Shown here piece after piece: positions 1 through 13,299 of a stretch of 64,000 nt of DNA. Below the pieces are notes generated by a model. That model made no database searches. It saw only the letters and a program-made list of their open reading frames with translations, and was not told where the DNA came from. The stretch comes from Prorocentrum cordatum (lineage: Eukaryota), in NCBI GenBank assembly GCA_963575745.1, contig CAUYUJ010000225.1, forward strand, positions 930,001-994,000. Reading direction: 5' to 3'. Every line of letters begins with the position of its first letter. Position 1 is the stretch's first letter. The position numbers and the translations under genes are program-made.

Positions 1-257
1 GACAAAACAAGCGTTTCGCTCGAGACATCCTCAACAAATTCTGAAAAACAAGCGTTTCGCTAGAGACATCCTCAATTTTTAATTCCCCAGCCCTACGCGA
101 CCTCGTTATTTATCGCAAAAGAAATTCGCCGGCCCATCAGCCGTCAAAACCGGGGGTAAACCTCTAAAAGAGAACCCTGGGCCTGTGCCCTTTCCGGGAA
201 AAAGCGGCAACGGACTTGTCGGCCCGCCAGGGTGCACGGCGCGCGCCCTCTTCCTTG

Positions 258-850
258 CGGAGGAGGGAGGGAGGGAGGAGGGAGGAGGGAGGGAGGGAGG
301 AGGGGAGGAGGGAGGACAGAGGAGGAGGGGGGAGGGAGGAGGGAGGAGGGAGGAGGGAGGGAGGGAGGAGGGAGGGAGGGAGGAAGGAGGAGGAGGCAGG
401 AGGGCGGAAGGGAGGGGAGGGAAGGAGGGAGGGAGGAGGAGGCAGGAGGAGGAGGAGGAGAGGAGGAGGAGGAGGAGAGAGGAGGAGGAGAGGAGGAGGA
501 GGAGGAGGAGGAGGAGGAGGAGGAGGAGAGGAGGAGGAGGAGGAGGAGGAGGAGGAGGAGGAGGAGGGAGAGGAGGAGGAGGAGGAGGAGGAGGAGGAGG
601 AAGAAGAGGCGGAGGAGGAGGAGGGAGGAGGAGGAGGAGGAGGAGGAGAAGGAGAAGGAGGAGCAGGAGGAGGAGGAGGAGGAGGAGGAGGAGGAGGAGG
701 GGAGGAGGAGGAGGAGGAGGAGGAAGAAGGAAGGAGGGAGGAGGAGGAGGGAGGAGGAGGAGGAGGAGGAGGAGGAGAAGGAGGAGGGGAGGAGGAGGAG
801 GAGGATGGGGAGGAGGGAGGGGAGGGAGAAGGAGGGAGGAGGGAGGAGGA
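258..850. repeat. (GGA)n / purine-rich tract
   Basis: Seen directly. Similar tracts near 1815-2065, 15800-16110, 30000-30165, 48930-49105, 56190-56270, 59060-59180 and 61970-62080. Confidence 0.95.
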
Positions 851-1412
851 GGACCCCGAGCGCTTCGGGAACGTCTTCGGCCCTCGCCGGCCTGCCCTCA
901 CGCTCGGGGGCTCGACGCCCCGCTCCCCGGGCGCCGCGTCCGGGCGGCGCGCTGCGGGCCGAGCGCCCGTCGACGCGGCCGCCGGGCGCCGCCGCCCTCA
1001 CGGAGCCCCTGCCGGCCGCCGCGGAGGAGCTCCGGCGGGACGGGGCCATGCGCACGGGAACGAACAACGACACAAACCCAGATCGGGCGTTGGCAGAACT
1101 GGGTGTAGTGGGACCTGTCTTAGTGATGTGTGCTGGGGAAGGCCCACCCCCCCCCCCCGCCCAAGTCCACTGACCGGAACTGCCGCCACCCGAGAAACGC
1201 CAGCTACGGCAGACCTGGTTTAGGGATTCCAGTCCATATTTTGGGCTTCGGGGCCCAATCACTAACCGGCTCCCATTAACCGGGGTCGAGCGGGGGGGCG
1301 TCTCCCCGGCCGGCGGCCTCCTTCTCCAGCGGGGGGGGAGGGCGCGGCGTTCCGACGCCGCCGCCGACGAGAACGACGACGACGCCGACGACGACGCCGA
1401 CGCCGACGCCGA

Positions 1413-1450
<38 letters not shown>

Positions 1451-3249
1451 CCGACGACGACGACGCCGACGCCCCCTGGCGCTGAGGCCCCCGATCCGAG
1501 GAGTCCGCGCGGACCTCCGAAAGTTGCTGTTCGTGTCGTGGTTTGCTCCCTGGATGCGGGCCAGGGCGCCGCCGCCGAGCGCGGCCCAGCCCCTGGGCCG
1601 CTGGAGCCCGAGCGGCTCCTGCGCGGCCTCCTGCGGGGCTTCTGGCCCGCCCGCGGCCAGCTGGGCCGATGGGGGTCGTGGGTGGAGCTTGGCACGGGGC
1701 ACGGAGCGAGCGCGAGGGATGCGCCGATTGTGGGCGCGGCGCCTCCGTGCGGACGCCAACGCGGGGGCCGTCGGTGGAGCTCCTCGTGGGGCACGAGGCG
1801 TGCGCTGGGTTCGCCTCCTCCTCCTCCTCCTCCTCCTCCTCCTCCTCCTTCTCCTCCTCCTCCTCCTCGTCTCCGGTTCGCCTCCTCCCTCTCCTCCTCC
1901 TCCTCCTCCTCTCCTCTCCTCCTCCTCCTCCTCCTCCTCCTCCACCTCCTTCCTCCTCCTTCCTCTCCTCCTCTCCTCTCCTCCTCTTCCTCCTCCTCCT
2001 CCTCCTCATCTTCCTCCTCGCCCTCCTCCTCCTCCTCCGCCTCCTCCTCCTCCTCCTCCACCTCCTATGCATGCAGCTGCCCTTTTTTTTCCGATTACGC
2101 ATAGCACGACGGGATCGCTTGTTTGAGTTACAGGTCGGCTATGACACACGTCCGCGGATAGAGAAAAAATCGGCGGAGTGGGAAGGGATGCGAGGGAGAG
2201 CTCACCTCCGAGACAAAGTATCGTCCCCCCCTTTTCGGCGAAACTGTATCGCTTGCCGCCCCTGGAAATGATATCCCGCCCCCAGGCCCCTCAGTGCGGG
2301 ATCCCACCAAGAGCCCAATTGAATTCCAGCCAAACCCAAATTGGATTCCAAAGAGTGCCCAAAAGGATTGCGACATGAACCAAGTAACTCATATCCCAAT
2401 CAAATTCCGATTGTACTCGAGATGGTTCAAAGAGGATCTGAGATCCCAGTAGCACTCCATCATGGCACTCCCCCATTATAGAAGTCGTCCACTGGAGTCC
2501 CCCTGATGGGCAAAACGGGCCGCCCTTCATCCGCGTGGCTGTTGCTGAAGTTAAGCTTCAGCTCACATTATCTAGTTCTAACCACGAGATGTCTCGAGCG
2601 AAAACCACCGTCTGTTGCTCGATGTACGAACTAACTCCGACCACTGTTGCTCCGACTATCAAGTCTCTACTGTCCAGAAGAGGCTGGGGCAGGGGGCACA
2701 CTCCGGAAGGCGGGTGATAAATAACACCGGCGGGGCATGGGGCAAGTTTTTCCCTGGGACTGGAATGCCCCTTCAAAACCACTGGGAAAACCACGCGAAG
2801 GCAAGAGGATCGTAAACGAATACGCGTGGTTCGGCGCTGGGGTCGCAGATGGCAGCTATCTTATCGACTTGCATCTACAGTCTAGTTGATGAACTTCTAC
2901 ACGGCCGCTCAAATATCATCTTCCTACTGCCTAGAAGGACGGGGGCAGGGAGCGGCAGGACAACGAGCAGGATGGGGGAGGGGGATGAAGGAGGAGGGGA
3001 GGAGGAGGATGGAAGAGGAGCAGGATAGTTAAGAAGATGATGTATGATGAGGATCGAGGATTAAGAGGGAGAGGAATGTATAGAAAAGAATAGTGAGACA
3101 CAAGGCAGAGGGGCATGGAGGTAGAGGGTAATGACTGAGGCGCTCGGAGGTCGATCTCGAAGCGAGAGCAAAGCACCCTGAGACATCTGCGAACTTTTAC
3201 GGAAGCGCAGGGCCACCGGACATCCTGACTGTCCTCCTCCTCCTCCTCC

Positions 3250-3980
<731 letters not shown>

Positions 3981-5176
3981 TGTAATGTCACTCCTCTTAC
4001 TCCGTACGTAACCTATCTACTCAGAGAGAGCAGCGAAGCGCATTTAATTCCTGCACGCTTACCAAGTGTCACCGAGAAACGGCGACGTGACTCGCCTCAC
4101 ACAAACCCACCCCGACAAAAAAAGCGAAAACCTGCAAATCTTCAGTGTTCCTCTTCGAAAAATCTCAATGACGACACGCCGAAACACTAACAAGCCAACG
4201 CATGGCATGTGGCGGCGTATTGTTCACGCGCACACTGAACGACAATGCAAATCGAATGCCTCGAGAAATTGACAACACGCGCGCCGTCCCCTCGCCTTCG
4301 CTGCGCGTGAGTTAAAGTGTAGGCTTGCAATATGCAAAAGTCGCGTTTTCGTGACTGCTGCTGCGAATCAGCGGTCAGGGGCCACGAATAGTGCGAGGGT
4401 TGTCCCAAAACCAGCCTCGGGAGGCGTGCGAACGCTGCAACAAGGGCCATCGGAGAAACTCCCTGAAACTCTATGGGGCCACGCACCGTGTGAGGGGTGC
4501 GCCAAAACTGGACTTGGGACGCATGTGAACCCTGCTAATGAGACTTTCGGTGGAACTCCCTGTGAGGCCACGAACCGTGTGATACGTGTGTGCCCAAATT
4601 TAACAGGGGACATCTGTGAATCCTGACACTGGGGCCTTCGGTGGCGCCCCCCATAAGTCCACGCGGCCCAAGGAGGCCCGCGAGCAAGCCGCGGTCCGCA
4701 TCATGCGCCCCAAAGAACGCCGAGGAACCCAGGAGAAAAAACGGCGACGAAAGGTCCTGCGAAGACTTAGTGCGCTCCCCGAGAAAACGGGAACCGGCGA
4801 CGCCTGACCTCGGGGGTTACCCACTGGAGTCTCCGTTGAGGGGGGTGATATCGTAATATTCATCGCCAGCGGCAGTATCATCGCCAGCGCCAGCATCACA
4901 ATCACTATTATCATCATCAGCAGCATCATCATCATCATTATCACCATCGTCAGCATCGTCACCATCATCACCATCATCACCATCACCATCAGAACCATCA
5001 AATTTTTCTTCATAACTCTTATCATCCTCGTCCTCCTCATCCTCACCGTCATCCTCCTCCTCCTCCTCCTCCTCCTCCTCCTCCTCCTCCTCCTCCCCCT
5101 CCTAGTCACCACCGACGTCACTATCATCACCATCGTCGTCGTCACCACACCAGTATCCCTCCCCCTTCGCCTGGTA

Positions 5177-5360
5177 CCTGCCGCCGCTGAGCGCCACCAC
5201 GTCTGGCCGGGGCGTCTCCCAGAGCTTGGCCGCGAGGACGGTCTGGTCGGCGGGGCCTTGGCCGGGACGGGCGTGCGAGCCAGCACCGATCTGCCCATCC
5301 AGACCTCCAGCGCCCTCGAGTGGAATAATCTGGAATGGATGCCGACGGAGTCCACCATCC
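5177..5360 (-). CDS. Isolated candidate exon between microsatellite tracts
   Basis: Unique GC-rich block with an AG|GATGG-type acceptor after (GAG)n and a CAG|GTAC donor. Frame and gene unknown. Confidence 0.3.
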
Positions 5361-6484
5361 TCCTCCTCCTCTCCTCCACCTCCTCCTCCTCCTCCGAATC
5401 ATCACCATCATCAACAAAATCATCATCACCATCACCATCACCATCGTCACCGTCACCACCACCACCATCAACATCACCATCACCATCAAGTCATTACCAC
5501 CATCACCATCATCATCACCATCATCACCATCATCACCATCATCACCATCATCACCATCATCACCATCATCACCATCATCACCACGATCACCATCACCATC
5601 CTCATCCTCATTCTCATCGTCCGCCTTCTCCTCGCCCTTCTCCTCCTCCTCCTCTCCCTTCTCCCCCTCCCCCTCTCCCTCCCCATACGGATCCCCCCTC
5701 CACCTCAACACAACGACAACAACAACAACAATCATGTTAAGACTTATCTGCCCGCGTGCCATTCAATATGTACATCCCAAACCCTCGCTACCCGCCCTCT
5801 TCGACTTCGATCGTGCCGCCCTTGGGGGCATATCCTCCTTACCTGCCACGCGCTGTTGGCGCCGCCCCTGAAGCAGGGGGAGAGGAAGGAACGGGCAAAG
5901 GGGGAAGGAATCGGATGCAGCACGAGAGAGATTCGCAGGGAGGGTGCTGTAGGAGCAGGAAAACAAACGGCAGAACCAACCGGGTGGACTAGGCGAGCGG
6001 ACCCAAACGGGGCCGGTCAGGCGGGCGGGCCCAGATGGCCGTGTCGAGCGGGCAGGTCGCTGAAGCGCGAGTCATGCACGAATCGCGAAGGAATCTCGAG
6101 CGATAGCGCGATTCCCAAGTAAATCGTGAGGACGGCCAGAGCGAGAAAGTGATTCATGAGTGTTGGGAGAGCGGCGTATGAATAACTTGCGAGGAAGTGC
6201 CACACGAGAGTGCGATTCCTGGGTAAATTGTGGGGGAAGTCCCTTGCGAGAGCGAGATTGCAATTTGTGAGGAAATGCCAATCGGGAGCCGCTGTTGTGG
6301 TTAACTGGGGGGCAACCACACAATCTGAGGCGAAAGACTTCCCCTTGGAAGAATCAAGGTGCGAGCCCCAGGATGGACACTTCAATTGAATTGAAAACAT
6401 GATCGACCCACTAACCCAGAAAGGAATATAGCAATGTAAGGCACGGCAGCGTTTCAAAGACACCTGATTGGGCGACGGGCAAAT

Positions 6485-7228
6485 GCAATGCTGAGTGTAC
6501 CGATCTTGATGTGCCGTGCCGAGGGCTGTGCTGTGATGCCCCGTGCTGAATTGCGATGTGCCATGCCGCGATTGTGCTCTATAGCGTTGTGGATCGAGTC
6601 CCCCGTTGCATCCGAGTCCTGACCGAACTGATCTGGATCTTAAGCTCGAGCTGTCGGAACACATAGTAGCTGCCCCAGAGCTAATTGACAGGGGGACATG
6701 CCAGGAGGACGTGCCGCGGAACGTCCCAAGGACGCGCCAGGCGACGTGCTATGTGGACACACCGCGGGACGTGCCAAGGGGACGCGCTACGAAACGTGCC
6801 AATGGACGTGCCACGGGACGTGCCAGGGGACCCGCCGCGCGACGTGCCAGGGGGACTCGCCACGGGAGGCGCCACGGAACTTGCCAGGTTGCAATGCTGA
6901 ATGTATCGATCTTGATGTACCGTGCCGAGGGCTGTGCTGTGCTGCGCCGTGCTGAATTGCAATGCACCGTGCCGCTATTGTACTTTACTTTATAGCGTTG
7001 TGGATCGAGTCCGCCTTTGTATCCGAGTCCTGACCGAACTGATCTGGATCTTAAGCTCGAGCTGCCTGAGCACATAGTAGCTGTCCCAGAGCTTATTGAC
7101 AGGGGGACATGCCAGGAGGACGTGCCGCGGAACGTCCCAAGGGACGCGCCAGGCGACGTGCCAGTGGACGTGCTATGGGGACGCACCGCGGGACGTGCCA
7201 AGGGGACGCGCTACGGAACGTGCTGGGG
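6485..7228. repeat. ~410-bp tandem duplication with internal ggacgtgcca subrepeats
   Basis: gcaatgctga...gatcttgatgt at 6485 and 6891; gatctggatcttaagctcgag at ~6630 and ~7041. Confidence 0.85.
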
Positions 7229-7940
7229 ACACGCGTTTCGCTCGAGACATCCCGTCCAAATCCTCATGCTAGACATCCGCCTGGGCGACCTGGACACGTG
7301 AAAACAAGCGTTGCGCTCGACACATCCTCACACAAATTCATGTTAGACGTCCACCTGGGTGACCCGGGCACGTGAAAACAAGCGTTTCGCTCGAGACGTT
7401 CTCAACACATCCGCATGCTAGACATCCGCCTGGGCAACCTGGACATGCGAAAGCAAGCGTCTCGCTCGAGACATCCTCAACACATCGTCATGTTAGACAT
7501 CCGCCTGGGTAAATCGGACACGTGGAAACAAGCGTTTCGCTCAAGACATCCTCAACACATCTTCATGTTAGACATCCGCCTGGGTAATTTCGACACGTGA
7601 AAACAAGCGTCTCGATCGAGACTTCCTCAACACATCCTCATGCTAGACATCCGCCTGGGCGACCTGGACGCGTGAAAACAAGCGTCTCGCTCGAGACATC
7701 CTCAACACATCCTCATGCTAGACTAGACATATGCCTCGGCACCCTGGACGCGTGAAACCAAGCGTCTCGCTCGAGACGTCCTCAAGACCTGGACACGCGA
7801 AAACAAACATTTCACTTGAGAGATCCTCGGAATTCTAGTCCCCAAGAGAGGACAACCTATAACACAAAACAAGCATTTTGCTCGAGACAGCCTCAACAAC
7901 TTCTGCAGGAGAAACGTGTCGTTCGGGACATCCTGAGACA
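7228..7940. repeat. ~75-bp tandem minisatellite (~8 units); related copy at 1-75
   Basis: The unit gacacgtgaaaacaagcgtttcgctcgagacatcctcaacacatcctcatgctagacatccgcctggg recurs near 7293, 7368, 7442, 7517, 7592, 7667. The downstream block 7945-8075 matches 85-205. Confidence 0.9.
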
Positions 7941-10080
7941 TGATTTCGCCAGCCCTACGCGACCTCGTTTTTTACCGCAGAATGACTTCGCCTGCCCTAC
8001 GCAAGTTGAGGCCGGGGGTAAACATATACTGAAAGAGAGCCCTGGGCTCAGGCCCTTTCCGGGAAAAAATGAAAGGTGCACGTGAGAGGCGAGATCAACA
8101 GTATATCTCTTGTATAGATGATAGCTCATCAAGCATTTTAAAACTGTTCGCTCTTATCTTCTCGAATGCAATTCAACATTATATCCCAAACCCTCGGTAC
8201 TCGTCTTCGATCGTACCCCCCTTGCGGGGATATCTTCCTTAACTGCAATGCGTTGTTGGCGCAGCCCTTAAACAGGGGAAGGAAGGAGGAGGGAAGGGAC
8301 AAGGGGAAGGGAGATGGATGGAGCACGTCCCGCGCGAGACTGCGATTGTGAATAAATGGCAGAAAGGACGTATCAAGCGGAAACCGCTGGTGTTGTAAGC
8401 AGGGCGCCAGGGGCCCAAACTGATGTGCAAGACTTACTGCTGTTAAAACCAAGGTGCGAGCCCAAGAAGGGGCACTTCAATGAAAAAACTACAATGGGCA
8501 CAAGAGGGGGGATCAACAATAACTATTGCTTAGAAATGGGAATTCGACAGTCAACACGTATACCCAAACACTCGATACGCGACCTCTTCGTCATTGATCG
8601 TGCCCCATTCGGGGGGATATCCTCCTTCCCTGCCACGCGTAATTGGCGCAGCCCGTGAAATACAAAGAACATACATAGTGGGAAAGGGAAGAGCGAGGAG
8701 GAAAGGAGTGGGGGAAGGGAGGGAGGAGGGGAAGGGGGTAAGGGGGAGGGGGGAGAGAGATAGAGGACGAGAGGGATCAGCGAGAGGGCTTAGCGAGAGG
8801 GGGGCGCACAGAAGACTCAGGCGAAAGCCTGGCTCATGAGTTACTCATGTCGGAGTTCTGAGCGGGAGCGCGACTCCACAGCGCCGGGAGAGCGATTCGT
8901 GAGTGAATCATAAGGAGCTTTCAGGCGAGAGCGCGATTCAACAATAAATGTTTAAGGACGTCTCGATCGGGAACGCGATGCCCCAATGCATTGTAAGAGA
9001 GCATCAGGCGGGGCCCGATGTTGTTGTTGATGTTGGTGTTGTTGTTGAACTCTCACTACTGAAGAATGATTTGGGACCCCCCAAACCGGGTGGTAAGATA
9101 CCAGGTGGCGACCTGGAATCCCCAAAAAGGTCACCGCTGGGTTTGGGGACGCGGGGTCACCACCGGGTTTTGTGACTCCTGGACCCACCAGTGTCCGGGA
9201 CATCCTCGGAAAACCGCACGAGTCCCCAAACCAGGTGGTGACACCAAATCGCCCGAGACTCACCGCCAGGTGTTGTCACCACCACGTTTGGGGTTTACCA
9301 AATGATTATGGTTGACCCCCCCCATCCGGTCACCATTGTTTTTTTGACTCGGAGTGCTTCCCCCGGGGCTCGCACCCCGTCTTTTACCAGGGAGAGTCGC
9401 TGGGCTCAAACTGGGCCCCGGGCCCCCGAACCACAGCAACAACGGCTCCCGCCGGAGACGTCCTCTCAACTTATTCCCAGATCGCGCTGTCGCGCGGGAT
9501 TTCCTCACAGTTTGTGTACGAATCGCGCTCTCGCGTGGGACTTCCTCGCAATCTGTTCAGGCAATGCGCCCTCGGCGCTCAGGGATCACGCTCTCGCCTC
9601 GGCTTTGCTCACTATTCACTTGGGAATCGCGCTATCGCTCGAGACTTCCTCGCGATTCATGCAGGACCCACGCTTCAACAACCCGCCTGCTCGACCTGGC
9701 CCGCTTGGCCAGCCTTCCCGACCTGCCCGCTATGGGTCTGCCCACCCGATCTGCCCGTCTGGTTCTACCATTTGTTGTCTGCTCCTTGCCCCTCTCCTGC
9801 TAATTTCTCTCGTGTTCCATTCTTTTCCCTCCCCCTTTCCGCCCGTCTTGTCTTTCCAGGGACTGCACTATATGCGCGTGGCAGGTAAGGAAAATATGCC
9901 CCTAAGGGTGTACGATCGAAGACGACCAGGGCGGATACCGAGGGTTTGGGATAGAGGTATTAATTGGCACGTGAGCAAATAGGAGCGATTAATCTTAAAA
10001 TGATTGTTGTTGTAGTTCGGGGGCCTGCTGGGCAATGTGGAAACGGAGTGATTCCCTTTGTTTTTTTCCATATATGACTA

Positions 10081-11060
10081 CTAGAACCACGCGCGCGCTT
10101 CGCGCGCGCTTAGGTTCTGTCGAGTCACAGACCCAGGAATCGTTGTGAGAAGAAATTGGTGACGCGAAGCGTCGTGGGGGCGTCCTTGGACGTCTGGGGT
10201 CTCCTGGGGCCTCTTGAGGCCTGGGGCCCTCTTGGAAGCTTCTTGGGCCGTCTTGGGGCGGTCTTGGGCGCCTCTTGGGCCGTCCTGTAACGTCGGAAAG
10301 CCCAAAAGGCGACTTTGTTGAAAATGTACGTTTTACGAAGGGAATGGGCCAATTTTTGCGTCTAGGGGCCCTCTTGGGACGCATGTTGGAGGCTTCTTGG
10401 GGCCTCTTGGGGGCGTCCTTGGACGTCTGGGGTCTCCTGGGGCCTCTTGAGGGGCCTCCTGGGGGCCTCCTGGCGGCCTCTTGGGGCGGAAGGCTCGAGC
10501 TTGCGGTTCGTGGTCCCCCTCTGGGCCCCCTCTTGGGCCCGTCTTGGGGCCCTCTTGGGCCATCTTGGGCGCCTCTTGGGCCGTCTTGGGGCCCTCTTGG
10601 GCTGTCCTGGGGCCCTTGGAAGCTTCTTGGGCCGTCTTGGGGCGGTCTTGGGCGCCTCTTGGGCCGTCCTGTAACGTCGGAAAGCCCAAAAGAACTTTGT
10701 TGAAAATGTACGTTTTAAAGGGAATGGGCCAATTTTTGTCTAGGGGCCCTCTTGGGACGCATGTTGGAGGCTTCTTGGGGCCTCTTGGGGGCGTCCTTGG
10801 ACGTCTGGAGGCCATCTTCAGCATCTCGGAGCCCTCTTGGAGGCCTCTTGGAAGTTTCTTGGGCCGTCTTGGGCGCTCCTGGGGCCGTCTTGTCTGACCG
10901 GGGAGGCCTCCGGCAAGCCCCGACTAGCCTCCGGGCCCCCCGGAGCCCACATTTGTGGTCGAGGTCCCGGCCCCGGGCCCCCGGACCCGGTGCGCCGTTA
11001 TATGTATATATCGTATAATATAACATGTGATAATGTAATAAAATATTATATAAGATAAGA
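10081..11060 (-). mobile_element. Putative non-autonomous Helitron (~1 kb)
   Basis: Minus-strand 3' end GCGCGCGC-GAA-GCGCGCGC-GTGGTT-CTAG|T. Candidate 5' end A|TCTTATCTTATATAATA. The interior is made of ggcctcttggg repeats. Confidence 0.6.
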
Positions 11061-13299
11061 TAATAGAATACAATGGAAGGGAGCGTCAAATAAAAAATGC
11101 CACGTGCACCGGAATGGAGATCAACAACAATTACTGTTCGGAGCTGCGGACTCAACAACAGCAAGTCAAAACGAGCGCAGATCCCCGAGCGCAACCAAAC
11201 CACCTCTGAAGATCCCCCCAAGCCGCCGCGACCGCTGCGCGACCGGAGAGAACCGAAAACCGCGCGGCCCGATCCGAGAGCGGCCCAGGAGCGCGGCCGT
11301 ACGGCGCGTATCGCGGCGGCAGCTTTCGGCGGGCCGCTCGCCAGGGCGTCGGGGCGCCCCGACGCCCCCGACGCGGGGCTGCTGCTCCCCCATCAAATTT
11401 CCTCTTGTTGTTCCTGTTCTTCCCGCCCCCCTCTCCCAGGACAGAAGCATGGGTCGAGGAGGAAGACGAGAAAAGAATAACCAGTGCAAACCCAAGGCGC
11501 ACCAAGGATGCTGCGATAAACCCTCACTCCAAGACCCCTCTTCATGGGTCGCTACAACAACTTATTTTCATCGCGGGGGGGCCCATTTGAGCACCACTCC
11601 TGGGACTTCGGCCCGCGCATCAACGTGGCTGTTGCGCTGAGACACACCTAAATCGCGCAACAATACCACTGGCTGTCTGTAGCGCGAACTTGTGAAGCAA
11701 TCGAACCTATCGTTGTTAACCGTTTTCGATGACGATATCTGACATGTACTTACAGCCTCGTCGCCATCATCAAGATCATTATCATCCTCGTCATCATCGG
11801 CATCACCATCTCGATCAGCATCGTCATCATCATCACCACCGCCATCATCATTGTCATCATCACCGTCGTCGCCATCATCGCCATCATCATCAGCATCGCC
11901 ATCACAGTCCTCTTCAGCATTTCCGTCATCATCAGCTGAGCAAAGGAATGCAGGAACAAGGCAGGAGCACGTCCTTGTCTCGCCGATGCGCAATCCAAAA
12001 CAGCGGCGCTGGGGCACTCGGGCCAAGAAGCGCCTCCCAGGACGGGGGCCCTGCTGTCTCAGCAAGAAGCACATCGCCCGACGAATCGCTCGCCTCATCG
12101 CGCATGTACTCATCCAGCACTGCCGTCAGGTAGGCCCGCGATGCTTCTTCCACCACCGCCGTCAGGTTAGGCAGACGCACGTGGACTTCGGCCAATTGCT
12201 GGACCGCCACAGTGTTGACGATTTGGAAGAATTGATTTGGAACTGGTGCCGAATTCATCTTTCGCGCCCTCAAGTTCCTAGACACGGCGGAGCCGATCAC
12301 AAAGGCTATCTTCGCTCTGCTGTCGGCTGGGATCGCTGCCGCCGGAACTGTTGCAGCCGCGGGGCTGAAGGTGTGGGAACATGCTTCACGGCGGCGCACC
12401 TTGCGATCCAGCAAGCGCAGGCTCCCCGCGCAGAACGAGCCTGGCACCCGCGGGAAATGCACTGGCTCATCTTGCCGTTCAAACCGCACTTGCGCGGCGA
12501 TCGGGCCCCGAATACCGTCGCGGACGCATGCGACAGTGAACGTCTGCCGCCAACGTGCCAGCCTCCGCCTCGCTGCCCTGGTTTCGCATCATGGGTCGGC
12601 GCGCGCGCGCGGACGCGTGGTCGGCGAACTCCTTTTTCTGGGATAAGCCCCCAATTGCCTGCAAGGAATATCTCGGGAATGCTGTCGCGGACTGCCCGCG
12701 TTAACATGCGCGTCAGCGGCCGGGGGCGCCGCGTTCCCCATGTCGCCCGCGCGAAAGCGACGAAGCGCTGCGACGCGATCGCGACCGAGTTCCTCTCCGA
12801 ATTGAGGCTCTGGCACTGCGGAAAGGCATTCGTCTGGGTGGCCCGCGCTCTCAGATGTCAGACCCTTTGCGGCCTCGCCCGACTGGGCGCGCTTGGAGAC
12901 AGCCTCGCCCGCCTCGGTCGAGCCCGCCCGGCTGCGGCGCTGCGGCAAATAATCGAGAACATCAGGATCGAGTTTTGCCCAGGTCGTGGCCCCGAAACCA
13001 CGCCCCCGCAGATTGCGCTCGCGAGCCGCGCCCCCGCGCTCGGATGCAAACGACAACTTTTGCGGCCGCTCCGACTGGATCGTCGCCGCCGGCCCGGACT
13101 GCCACCCTCGCCGCGGGGGCGAGATCGGGGGCGGGCGCCGCGACGGGGCGGCCGCGCCTGATCGGGGGCGCGGCAACCGCGGAGTCGACGGCAGCTGTCT
13201 GCTCGCGGCCGAAGCCCGCCTCTGCTGTCCGACGGTCGGGGCCGTCGCGCCGGCCGGGGCTCTCGCGCGATTCCCTCGTCGCGCGTCGCCGGCGCTCGG

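Larger units (their letters stand above)
5715..10015. repeat. ~700-bp diverged inverted repeat (5715-6410 vs 9325-10015) with partial direct copies at 8140-8650
   Basis: ctcgagcgatagcgcgattcccaagt (~6095) is the reverse complement of acttgggaatcgcgctatcgctcgag (~9619). atcccaaaccctcg (~5773, ~8183) pairs with cgagggtttgggat (~9939). Confidence 0.75.

Noticed and set aside
144..2271. Long ORFs of up to 652 aa
   Set aside because: They come from stop-free (GGA/CCT)n and (GAC/GCC)n tracts that are open in most frames.
7228..7940. Regular repeats resembling a CRISPR array
   Set aside because: The whole 75-bp unit repeats with no unique spacers, there are no cas genes, and the context is eukaryotic.
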